From positions 35,036-99,035 of the forward strand of contig CAIKBL010000027.1 of NCBI GenBank assembly GCA_903825645.1: a stretch of DNA of 64,000 nt. The letters run 5' to 3'. The notes beneath the pieces were generated by a model. That model was not told the origin of the DNA. It saw nothing but the letters and a program-made list of their open reading frames with translations, and did no database searches. Of this stretch, positions 19,188 to 31,414 are shown one piece after another. This stretch comes from an uncultured Pseudomonadota bacterium (GTDB lineage: Bacteria; Pseudomonadota; Gammaproteobacteria; Ga0077536). The translations under genes were made by a program, and so were the position numbers. Each line of letters starts with the position of its first letter. The first letter of the stretch is position 1.

Positions 19188-19198
19188 ACCATCTTTCT

Positions 19199-22718
<3,520 letters not shown>

Positions 22719-22756
22719 TCTCGCGTCTATTTGGAGAAGTGAGGATCGTCTTTAAT

Positions 22757-23857
22757 TCAGAGCCGCATCGGCATAACGACATACTTCGCGCCCGATTCCT
22801 TTCCAGCCTGAATCAGACAACTACTATTCGAGTCGGATAAGACAAAACGTATAGTGTCTCCTTGCAGGACGCTAAGAACGTCCAACAAGTAAGAGACGTT
22901 GAAACCAATCTCTAGAGGCTCCCCGTCGTAGCTAACCTCGATTTCTTCTTCTGCTTCTTCCTGCTCCGGATTATGCGCGGAGGCCTTTAAAACGCCCTTA
23001 CCAAAGTTAAGCCGGACACCCCTGAATTTTTCATTAGACAATATCGACGTTCGCTGCAGCGCTGATTTTGTGGTTTCGCGATCTGCTTCAATAATCTTGT
23101 CGCCGCCCTTAGGTAACACACGCTCGTAATCTGGATATTTTCCATCGACCAGTTTAACGGTTAAGGTCTGGTTCAAGACGGATACGCGCAGCACGTTAGC
23201 GGATATGCCCACGTCGATGGGTGCTGTCGTATGACTCGCTAAGCGCTGAATTTCATTAACCCCTTTACGAGGCACAATCAGCTGGCGGGTTTCTTTCAGA
23301 TCCAAGGGCATCGAATGTTCATTTAAGGCTAACCGATGGCCGTCGGTTGCTACCGCCTTAATCGACGTTTCATTAAGTTCCAGCAACAGCCCGTTCAAAT
23401 AATACCGAACGTCCTCGTGTGCCATGGCGAACTGGGTGCTGGCTATGAGTCCTTGCAATACAGCGCTGTCGATCGTGAACGCGATTTCATCCGTCGCATA
23501 TCCAATGCTAGGGTAATCGGTGGCGGGCAAGGTAGACAGGACAAATCGACTGCGGCCGGATTGAATTCTTATTTTTTTGTCTTTTTCCTCAATCTGCACG
23601 AGGGACTGAGCTGGTAGAGAACGACAAATATCGAGCAGTTTTCGGCCCGATACCGTTAGAACACCTTCCTGGCTAATTTTCGCTACGCTTCGCGCGACCG
23701 CTTCAACTTCCTGATCTGTCGCCGTAATGCTGACGTTCTCCCCTTCCGCTGCAAAAAGCACATTACTAAGTATTGAACCCGTCTGTCGTTTCTCGACGAT
23801 GTTCGCGACAGCCTGAAGTGCTAGCAACAGGTTTTCTCTTTCAATACTTATCTTCAT
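22757..23857 (-). CDS. dnaN: DNA polymerase III beta sliding clamp
   Basis: 366 aa with N-terminus MKISIERENLLLALQAVANIVEKRQT and C-terminus ...MPMRL. Confidence 0.9.
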   Translation of the reverse strand: MKISIERENLLLALQAVANIVEKRQTGSILSNVLFAAEGENVSITATDQEVEAVARSVAKISQEGVLTVSGRKLLDICRSLPAQSLVQIEEKDKKIRIQSGRSRFVLSTLPATDYPSIGYATDEIAFTIDSAVLQGLIASTQFAMAHEDVRYYLNGLLLELNETSIKAVATDGHRLALNEHSMPLDLKETRQLIVPRKGVNEIQRLASHTTAPIDVGISANVLRVSVLNQTLTVKLVDGKYPDYERVLPKGGDKIIEADRETTKSALQRTSILSNEKFRGVRLNFGKGVLKASAHNPEQEEAEEEIEVSYDGEPLEIGFNVSYLLDVLSVLQGDTIRFVLSDSNSSCLIQAGKESGAKYVVMPMRL

Positions 23858-24044
23858 CTTAGTATTAGTTCTATTTAAAGTTAGTAGTTGTAGTAATTAA
23901 ACGGGGGCATAAGTCTAATAGTTATTTTTTTCTTTATAAAACATGTTGATACAACGTATTTTTTGAACGAAAAAAATGTAAAAGTGACGTTGGACCTGTG
24001 GATAACTTGGTGTAACTGAATATCGACACTTAAACCGACCCAAG
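23858..24044. promoter_or_regulatory. AT-rich (about 30% GC) dnaA-dnaN spacer carrying a perfect DnaA box (TTATCCACA at about 23997-24005 on the minus strand); candidate DNA-unwinding or origin-associated element
   Basis: Read from the sequence as ...cctgTGTGGATAActtgg. The flanking A/T-rich runs contrast sharply with the roughly 60% GC of the window. Confidence 0.45.
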
Positions 24045-25400
24045 TTAGCTGCTCAGTATTCTCTCGAGATTGACAAAATCCTCATTGATTTTGTTCTCGG
24101 CGTGCCGCAGCTCCACAATTTTTCTGCACGCATGAATGACAGTAGTATGGTCTCTCCCGCCGAAGGCATCACCAATTTCCGGAAGACTATGATTAGTAAG
24201 CTCTTTTGATAAAGCCATCGCTATCTGTCGCGGTCTTGCAATAGACCGGTTACGGCGTTTCGAGACTAAGTCCGAGACGCGCATCTTGTAATATTCCGCC
24301 ACTGTTTTCTGAATGTTCTCGATGGAGATAAGTTTATCCTGTAGCGCTAACAAATCCTTTAACGCTTCGCGGGCAAAATCAATCGTGATTAAACTGCCTG
24401 AGAAGTGAGCGTTTGCTTCCATTCTATGTAAGGCGCCTTCTAGCTCCCTGATATTCGAACGAAAACGTTTGGCGACGAAAAAAGCCACTTCGTGAGGCAG
24501 CTGCAACCCACTTCGCTCCGCTTTGCTCATCAGGATAGCCACACGGGTTTCGAGTTCTGGCGGCTCTATTGCCACGGTTAGACCCCAACCGAATCGTGAC
24601 TTAAGACGCTCCTCGACACCGATGACCTCTCGCGGATAACGGTCACAGGTCAAAATTATTTGCTGTTGACTTTCAAGTAACGCATTGAAAGTATGAAAAA
24701 ATTCCTCCTGGGAACGTTCTTTTCCTGCAAAAAATTGAATATCATCAATAAGCAAAGCATCTAGGGTTCGATACTTTCTTTTAAATTCGTTGATGGAGTT
24801 GTGTTGCAGCGCCCGAACCATGTCACCCACAAATTTTTCGGAATGGATGTACTGAACCTTGGCATTCGGTTTGCGACTGACGACTAGATTCCCTATCGCC
24901 TGCATGAGATGGGTTTTACCCAACCCGACCCCGCCACAGATGAATAGCGGGTTGTACGCTTTTCCTGGATTTTCAGCCACTTGGAGAGAAGCAGCACGCG
25001 CGAGTTGATTGGATTTGCCTTCGACAAAACTCTCAAAGGAAAAATCTCTCTTCAACCCTTTACTTGGTGGCCCACGCCTAGCGCTATCTGCGGGGGGAGG
25101 GACACCAGGTAGAGGGTCCGGCGTTCGCGCGACCTCAACCTCGGTGGCTTCCGCAACATCGGTGACGACAAACCCAACTTTATCTACGCCACCTTTCGAG
25201 AGATCGCGGGCGACATCTTCTATTTTACGGCCGTATTTATCTCGGACCCATTCACAGACAAACTTGTTAGGCGCCGATACCGTGAGGGTCGAACCCTGCA
25301 CGTAGGCGCTTAGCGGGCGGATCCACGTGTTGTATTGCTGAGGCGTCAGATCGCCTTCCAATATACGCAGAACGGTCGGCCAGGAAAGCGTCATGGGCAT
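24045..25400 (-). CDS. dnaA: Chromosomal replication initiator DnaA
   Basis: 451 aa with the AAA+ Walker [17 protein letters not shown], DnaA box-binding domain IV, and N-terminus WIRPL. Confidence 0.95.
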   Translation of the reverse strand: MPMTLSWPTVLRILEGDLTPQQYNTWIRPLSAYVQGSTLTVSAPNKFVCEWVRDKYGRKIEDVARDLSKGGVDKVGFVVTDVAEATEVEVARTPDPLPGVPPPADSARRGPPSKGLKRDFSFESFVEGKSNQLARAASLQVAENPGKAYNPLFICGGVGLGKTHLMQAIGNLVVSRKPNAKVQYIHSEKFVGDMVRALQHNSINEFKRKYRTLDALLIDDIQFFAGKERSQEEFFHTFNALLESQQQIILTCDRYPREVIGVEERLKSRFGWGLTVAIEPPELETRVAILMSKAERSGLQLPHEVAFFVAKRFRSNIRELEGALHRMEANAHFSGSLITIDFAREALKDLLALQDKLISIENIQKTVAEYYKMRVSDLVSKRRNRSIARPRQIAMALSKELTNHSLPEIGDAFGGRDHTTVIHACRKIVELRHAENKINEDFVNLERILSS

Positions 25401-25466
25401 CCAAGGAGGGTTAGTGGCGCCGGTAGAGACACCGACAACCCCCGATTCTAACGGGCGACACCAAAG

Positions 25467-25475
25467 TTATCCACA
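25467..25475. promoter_or_regulatory. Perfect DnaA box TTATCCACA in the dnaA-rpmH divergent promoter region
   Basis: Exact 9-mer. A consensus -35 hexamer TTGACA lies about 10 nt downstream (about 25486-25491), oriented toward rpmH. Confidence 0.6.
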
Positions 25476-25574
25476 GCACGACAAATTGACAGACTTGATG
25501 CCCCGCTAATACCATTGCCCGCCCGCGACTGCAGACGATGTCGCGTCGCCGCTAATTAAATTAAGGTTCCCGTC

Positions 25575-25712
25575 ATGAAAAGAACATATCAACCCAGTAA
25601 GTTAAAGCGTGCCCGTACGCATGGCTTCCGCGCCCGCATGAGCACGAAAGGCGGACGACGGGTGTTGAAGTCGCGCCGCGCGAAAGGCAGAGCCAGACTT
25701 ACGCCGGTTTAA
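25575..25712 (+). CDS. rpmH: 50S ribosomal protein L34
   Basis: 45 aa, [45 protein letters not shown]. It is below the ORF-track size cutoff. Confidence 0.85.
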   Translation: MKRTYQPSKLKRARTHGFRARMSTKGGRRVLKSRRAKGRARLTPV

Positions 25713-25716
25713 GCCA

Positions 25717-26082
25717 ATCACCGGGTTACCCCGTGAAGCTAGGTTAAGCGGAGGCGATACTTACCTCCGTTTATTCCGAACGGGTCGGCGGTTTCGAACG
25801 ACATACTTCAATGTTTTCATTGCAGGCGGTCGCACCTCGGCCACTAGACTCGGTATCGCCGTATCCAAGCGCATGGTTGCCCGTGCGGTGAATCGCAATC
25901 GGATAAAACGCATTATCCGAGAAACGTTTCGTTCAAATTCACAACGCCTTGGCGGCAGCGATCTTATCGTGCAGGTCAATGCGCCCGCTGGCCGAGCGAG
26001 CTCGGAGAGTCTTTTCCTAGCGCTTCGAGAGCTGTGTGACCAAGTAGTTCAGACTCTAGACCCTATCAATCGCCCGACCTGA
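25717..26082 (+). CDS. rnpA: RNase P protein component RnpA; the start codon is unresolved
   Basis: The in-frame translation ...PREARLSGGDTYLRLFRTGRRFRTTYFNVFIAGGRTSATRLGIAVSKRMVARAVNRNRIKR... aligns with RnpA from about residue 8 onward. No ATG, GTG or TTG is in frame between the upstream stop (about 25666) and the homologous region, so the 5' coordinate is approximate. Confidence 0.7.
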   Translation: MTGLPREARLSGGDTYLRLFRTGRRFRTTYFNVFIAGGRTSATRLGIAVSKRMVARAVNRNRIKRIIRETFRSNSQRLGGSDLIVQVNAPAGRASSESLFLALRELCDQVVQTLDPINRPT

Positions 26083-26092
26083 TATTTTCACT

Positions 26093-27721
26093 ATGGAACA
26101 ACTACGACTGATTCTACTGGTAGCGTTGAGCTTCCTTTCACTCATGTTATGGGAAGCTTGGCAGCGCGATTACGTTTCGCCGCCCCCGATAGCTGAGATG
26201 CCCCAGGCCGCGACCGCGGTATCCAGTGCAAATACGACCCCAGACATTCCTTCGAAATCTACCGCAATACCCGCTGCAGCCGCCGCGCCGGGGTCAGCAA
26301 CACCCAATGCCTTTGTAGACGTCGAGACAGACGTCCTCAAACTCCGAATTAACCTTACCGGTGGTGTTATCGAACAAGCAGGTCTTCTGCATTACCCCAC
26401 CGATGGTGAAACCGATCAATCGCCCTACAAGTTGCTGGACAATTCCGCAGAGCGATTTTTCATCCATCAAAGTGGGTTAAAGGCAGAGAAAGCGGAGAGC
26501 GCAGATCACTACGCGCGCTTCACTGCACCGCAGACCCGCTATGTGCTCGCGCCGGGCGAAGAGTCGCTGAATATAGAACTGTCGTGGACGTCCGTAGCTG
26601 GCGTGAATGTGCGTAAGCAGTTCGTCCTCAAGCGAGGAGATTACACGGTTGGTATCAACTATGCGGTGCATAACGCCAGTAACGACAACTGGGTTTTTCA
26701 CCACTACGACCAATTACAAAGGACCGAACGCAAAGTCCGCCAGTATTTTATCCAGACCTTCACGGGCGCAGCGCTGTCTTCACCGGAAACACGCTATGCT
26801 AAATTTGCTTTCAAGAAACTGAAAGATGAACCGATTAACCAAGACATCACCAATGGTTGGACAGCGATCCTAGAGCATTATTTCGTTTCCGCGATTATCC
26901 CGACATCAAAAAAATCCTATCACTACTATTCAACCATTATTGGTGAAAGTAATTACGCCGTAGGGTTCTACGGTCCCGCACAGACGGTCGCCCCAGGCGC
27001 GAGTGATTCAATTGAAAGTAGCCTTTATATAGGTCCCAAGCTTCAGAATATTCTGAAAACCGTAGCGCCAGGATTAGATCTCACCGTCGACTATGGTGTC
27101 CTCTGGTTCATTGGCCAGATCCTTTTCTGGACCCTAGGTAAAGCACACACCCTATCGGGTAACTGGGGCTGGTCGATTGTATTGCTGACCTGTGTTGTGA
27201 AAGGAGTCTTTTTCCCTCTCTCGGCTGCCGGCTACCGATCGATGGCGAGAATGCGCCGGGTCCAACCGCGTCTTTTGGCCATCCGGGAGCGTTTCCAGAA
27301 CGACCGCGCAGCGCTCAATCAGGCCATGATGGAACTGTATAAGACGGAAAAAATTAACCCTCTCGGTGGCTGTCTGCCGATCGTTATTCAAATCCCCGTT
27401 TTCATCGCGCTCTATTGGGTGATTCTAGAGAGCGTCGAACTACGTCAAGCGCCGTTTGTTTTTTGGATAAAGGATCTTTCCATCAAAGATCCACATTTTG
27501 TGCTGCCCGTGCTGATGACCATCAGTATGTGGCTTCAATCAAAGTTGAACCCTGCTCCGACGGATCCCATACAGGCCCGGGTGATGCAGATCATGCCCTT
27601 CGCTTTCGGCACTTTCTTTGCGTTCTTCCCCGCGGCGCTGGTTCTTTATTGGTTTGTGAACAACTGCCTGTCGATTAGCCAGCAGTGGTTAATCACGCGA
27701 GCCATGGAACGCAGCGCTTAA
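26093..27721 (+). CDS. yidC: Membrane protein insertase YidC
   Basis: 542 aa with an N-terminal transmembrane helix, a large periplasmic domain, and the conserved C-terminal five-transmembrane core (NPLGGCLP). Confidence 0.95.
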   Translation: MEQLRLILLVALSFLSLMLWEAWQRDYVSPPPIAEMPQAATAVSSANTTPDIPSKSTAIPAAAAAPGSATPNAFVDVETDVLKLRINLTGGVIEQAGLLHYPTDGETDQSPYKLLDNSAERFFIHQSGLKAEKAESADHYARFTAPQTRYVLAPGEESLNIELSWTSVAGVNVRKQFVLKRGDYTVGINYAVHNASNDNWVFHHYDQLQRTERKVRQYFIQTFTGAALSSPETRYAKFAFKKLKDEPINQDITNGWTAILEHYFVSAIIPTSKKSYHYYSTIIGESNYAVGFYGPAQTVAPGASDSIESSLYIGPKLQNILKTVAPGLDLTVDYGVLWFIGQILFWTLGKAHTLSGNWGWSIVLLTCVVKGVFFPLSAAGYRSMARMRRVQPRLLAIRERFQNDRAALNQAMMELYKTEKINPLGGCLPIVIQIPVFIALYWVILESVELRQAPFVFWIKDLSIKDPHFVLPVLMTISMWLQSKLNPAPTDPIQARVMQIMPFAFGTFFAFFPAALVLYWFVNNCLSISQQWLITRAMERSA

Positions 27722-27729
27722 CGGTAGCG

Positions 27730-29076
27730 ATGAATGCTACTCAGACTATTGCCGCTGTCGCGACAGCTAGCGGCCGCGGCGCTATAGGCATTGTTAGGCT
27801 TTCTGGAGATCGCGCGCGCGATATTGCGACACGCATCGTCAAACAGTTGCCGCCGCCGCGGTATGCGGCACTAAGACATTTCTATCGCGAAGACAAAGAC
27901 ACCATCGACCGGGGCCTGATTATTTATTTTCCAGGACCTGCTTCGTATACCGGCGAAGATATGGTTGAGTTCCACACGCACGGTGGCCCCGCCGTCATAC
28001 GCGAACTCATGCAAACGCTGTATGCCGCGGGAGCCGTTCCTGCCCGTCCGGGAGAGTTCACTGAAAGAGCGTTCCTGAATGGGAAGCTCGATCTTCTCCA
28101 GGCAGAGGCAGTCGCCGATTTAATAAGTGTAAGTACGCAACGGGGATTACGCTCGGCAAATCTAGCGATTACGGGACACTTTTCGAACACCATCAATAGT
28201 ATCGCCGCCCAGCTAAAGAATATCCGCGCTGAATTAGAAGCCACGATAGATTTCGGCGACGAGGCGTCTGTCAACGTAGAGGTCGACCACTTAATCAACC
28301 CCCTCCTATCCGTGACGGCTGACGTATCGTTACTTCTCGAACGCGCGCATAAGGGCGCTCGTCTTGCGCGGGGCGTCCGGGTCGTTCTCGTCGGACCGCC
28401 TAATGTCGGCAAGTCGACGCTGCTGAACGCCCTCTCTGGACAGGAGCGCGCCATCGTAAGCGATGTGCCTGGCACGACGCGTGATGTCCTCAGTACGGAA
28501 ATCGATATCGGCGGTGTACTGATCACCCTGCTGGACACAGCAGGGTTGCGTGTGGCGCGAGAAGAAATAGAGCGGGAGGGAATCCGTCGAGCGCTGAAGG
28601 AAGTACAGGCTGCTGATTTGATCCTTTGGCTTTATGAAGCGACCGAGGCTTTTCCCAACATCAGAGATTTTCTACCCGAAGAGGAAGCGCTGCCGGACAC
28701 CATCATTTACGTCCGTACTAAAATTGATGCGCTAGGGGAACTCCCGGACAGCCGAGTGGTGCAGGGTTGCCAAGAGATAAGTCTAGCGGCACGACATGCC
28801 AAAGGGCTCGATTTGTTACGTGATGCTATTGCTCACGCGATGGCCATCGAAGACGAGGGCGATTGTCCACTGTTGGCGCGCGAGCGACACCTACAGGCAC
28901 TAGCGACCGCCCATAAAATGCTCTCTTTTACGTCGCCCGCTGATTTTGTAAATGATCCGGCCGAGTCAGCCGAACGTCTCAGGATTGCGCATGATGCGCT
29001 GCGAGAATTGACTGGAGAGTTTACGACGGAAGATCTTTTGGGCGAAATATTTTCGAAATTCTGTATCGGAAAATAA
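27730..29076 (+). CDS. mnmE: tRNA modification GTPase MnmE (TrmE)
   Basis: G-domain motifs GPPNVGKSTLLN and DTAG, with the C-terminal CIGK motif. The start is taken at the internal Met MNATQTIAAVATA. Confidence 0.9.
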   Translation: MNATQTIAAVATASGRGAIGIVRLSGDRARDIATRIVKQLPPPRYAALRHFYREDKDTIDRGLIIYFPGPASYTGEDMVEFHTHGGPAVIRELMQTLYAAGAVPARPGEFTERAFLNGKLDLLQAEAVADLISVSTQRGLRSANLAITGHFSNTINSIAAQLKNIRAELEATIDFGDEASVNVEVDHLINPLLSVTADVSLLLERAHKGARLARGVRVVLVGPPNVGKSTLLNALSGQERAIVSDVPGTTRDVLSTEIDIGGVLITLLDTAGLRVAREEIEREGIRRALKEVQAADLILWLYEATEAFPNIRDFLPEEEALPDTIIYVRTKIDALGELPDSRVVQGCQEISLAARHAKGLDLLRDAIAHAMAIEDEGDCPLLARERHLQALATAHKMLSFTSPADFVNDPAESAERLRIAHDALRELTGEFTTEDLLGEIFSKFCIGK

Positions 29077-29505
29077 CAAGGTTTTGCGACCGACGCCGAA
29101 GCGCTCCGCTCCACACACATTTTTTTACAAAACCACTACTCAAAAGGGCCACGCCTTACGGATAGGGGTACCGGCAGGCGTAATCGTTCAATGTCTAGAA
29201 GGTTTTCTCTGACACCTGGGCGATTTTCGAGGACTCACATGTGATTCGTGTGCCTCTGCCGGTGGACAGAAAAAACACGGTAACCTAGGGAGGTTATGCT
29301 AAAAATTCTAGCTTTTTCTTCCAATCCCCCCTCCTATAATATTTAACGAATTGATTCATGTGAGCCAATGCCTAAGGAAGAAGCCCCGACGCTAAACGGC
29401 AAGAAGCCAGGGAGCCGATAGCGCTCGTCGTATTAGATTTCGAGCGGTTTAATTACCATAATGTTCACGCCGCATCGATAGGAGCGGTGAAGGACGGGAA
29501 TATTC

Positions 29506-29898
29506 ATGACTGTGCGTATAGAGATCTCCTTTGGTGAGTTAGTCGACAGACTCACTATTTTGGAAATCAAGGCATCGCGAATTGAAGCGCCACTTAAATT
29601 GGTTAATATTCGAGAAGAACTTGCTTCCCTAAGCAAGAGTTGGGTAGAGAGTGTAGGACCAGAGATATCACCCGATATTTTTAAGATCCGGCAAGCGTTG
29701 AAGCGCGTCAATGAGATCTTGTGGGATGTCGAAGATGCGATTAGAGATCATGAGCGGAATAAAAATTTCGGAGAATCGTTCATCGAACTTGCCCGAAAGG
29801 TCTATGTTACAAACGATGAAAGGGCTCAGCTGAAAAAGCGTATTGATGCCCTCATGGGATCTCGATTCAGTGAAGAGAAATCATATCGCGCCTATTGA
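29506..29898 (+). CDS. Hypothetical alpha-helical protein of unknown function, low-GC gene
   Basis: 130-aa ORF (MTVRIEISFGELVDRLTILEIK...) with about 43% GC in a roughly 60% GC genome. A perfect TATAAT hexamer lies about 170 nt upstream. No recognisable domain could be assigned. Confidence 0.4.
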   Translation: MTVRIEISFGELVDRLTILEIKASRIEAPLKLVNIREELASLSKSWVESVGPEISPDIFKIRQALKRVNEILWDVEDAIRDHERNKNFGESFIELARKVYVTNDERAQLKKRIDALMGSRFSEEKSYRAY

Positions 29899-30197
29899 CG
29901 TGATTTTGATATTTATCCGGGTCTTTACAGTCCTACTGAGCGCCGAAAAAATCGGCGGCGTTTCTTTTAAGCCTCAGCTAATGGGTAGGTTACCAATGTT
30001 TCAGAAAGCGGTTCCTGCTGCGCGGTCTCAGGCGCATCAAGGGATGGAAAGGGTAAAAAGAACGCATTGTATCCTGGCGTTGGCGTCACGGACGTCAGCG
30101 CTGGCCGCAAACAAATGGCGTATCGCGCAACGAAAGAATAACCCGGTTAATCAGGCCGAAGCTGTGCTGGAAAATGTTTGGCGCTGAGGGAGCGGGA

Positions 30198-31100
30198 ATG
30201 CCGCGTCTGCTGTTTATCACGTTGAGTAATATCGGCGATTTGGTTTTGACCACACCAGCGCTGGAAGCGCTCCATCACGGTTATCCCGATCACCTGATAG
30301 ACGTCGTCGCGGATACCCGATCCAGTGTGCTGCTACGCGCTTGCCCGTATCTCGGTACGCTCTATCATCGCCAGAAATCTGACGGGATCCGCGGTTTGCT
30401 GGGCTTGGTTACCGAACTCCGAAAACGTCGTTACACCGCCATTGTCGATTTAAGGACCGATTATCTGCCTTGGTTACTTCGCGGTGATCGGCGGGCCAGC
30501 CGCTGGCGCCGACCGCCACACGGTATTCACGCGGTCGAGCAGCATTTCGCCATCACCTCTCAAGTATTTCCTTTTGCCGTTGCCTTACCGGTCACGCGGG
30601 TTTGGGTCTCGCCGGAGGACATTGCTAGCGCCAAAACCCTATTGGCGAAGAAGACACGGGGTCGTTGGTTAGCGCTCGCACCAGGCGCCAACTGGGCCGG
30701 CAAAATTTGGCCGGTGAGCCATTTTGCGGCGCTGGTAGCTGCTGTCACCGATATTTTTGATGGTGTCATTATTCTCGGCAGCCCACCGGATGCGGTTGCG
30801 GCGGAAATCTTGATTGAAAATTGCCCGCTACCCTGCCTCAATGTTGTGGGAAAGACTTCACTTACAGTGGCTGCCGCGGTGTGTGACGAGGTGGACGCGT
30901 TTGTTGGAAATGACTCGGGCCTTGGACATATCGCGGCTGCACGAGGGATCCCCACGCTGACCTTGTTTGGTCCTGGTCGCCCAGATCGTTATGTGCCGTG
31001 GGGACCTAAAGCGAGTCGTGTTTTGGCGCCGGCAGAGGATCTGAAAGCTCTCCAAGCGCCAGTTGTCGGCGCTGCGCTGCGTGCGCTTCTTGCCCGTTGA
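30198..31100 (+). CDS. Glycosyltransferase family 9 (ADP-heptose:LPS heptosyltransferase, WaaC/WaaF/WaaQ-like)
   Basis: N-terminus MPRLLFITLSNIGDLVLTTPALEAL and a GT9 C-terminal domain (GNDSGLGHIAAA). An RBS GAGGGAG lies upstream. Confidence 0.75.
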   Translation: MPRLLFITLSNIGDLVLTTPALEALHHGYPDHLIDVVADTRSSVLLRACPYLGTLYHRQKSDGIRGLLGLVTELRKRRYTAIVDLRTDYLPWLLRGDRRASRWRRPPHGIHAVEQHFAITSQVFPFAVALPVTRVWVSPEDIASAKTLLAKKTRGRWLALAPGANWAGKIWPVSHFAALVAAVTDIFDGVIILGSPPDAVAAEILIENCPLPCLNVVGKTSLTVAAAVCDEVDAFVGNDSGLGHIAAARGIPTLTLFGPGRPDRYVPWGPKASRVLAPAEDLKALQAPVVGAALRALLAR

Positions 31101-31231
31101 TTACGCGGCGGGGTCGCTTGTTTAGGCAAGCTTTGTGTTTTTAAATCTGTGCGGAAAAGAGTTTCGCGTGGATTTTTCGTTAGATAGGGGCGCTCAACGA
31201 TGAATTGCCGGAAAATGGGTGTCGAAGGCGG

Positions 31232-31414
31232 ATGAATGACTACCGCGTGATTTTTCAGCGCGATGGGCAGGAGGAGACCGTTGAGCTTACCGCTGAGACG
31301 GTAAAACAGCTGGTGGATTTACTCCCCGAAGAGGCGGAAATCGTGGGCGTTAAATTTCTCCGGGCGCGAGGATTTAGTTGTCGTCCCCGGGGGACGGGGC
31401 AGCGGCGACAATAA
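31232..31414 (+). CDS. Small hypothetical protein (60 aa)
   Basis: ORF MNDYRVIFQRDGQEETVELTAETVKQLVDLLPEEAEIV... preceded by an AAGG Shine-Dalgarno-like sequence. No similarity was recognised, so it could be non-coding. Confidence 0.2.
   Translation: MNDYRVIFQRDGQEETVELTAETVKQLVDLLPEEAEIVGVKFLRARGFSCRPRGTGQRRQ

Noticed and set aside
25733-25747. GTG AAG CTA (VKL) as an alternative rnpA start, resembling the E. coli MVKL N-terminus
   Set aside because: It is in a different frame from the RnpA homology and hits a TAA stop after four codons.
29843-30187. 114-aa plus-strand ORF preceding the first heptosyltransferase
   Set aside because: It overlaps the 130-aa unknown gene by 55 nt, has no RBS at either candidate start and has no recognisable fold. 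It is treated as probable 5'-UTR, though a small protein cannot be excluded.
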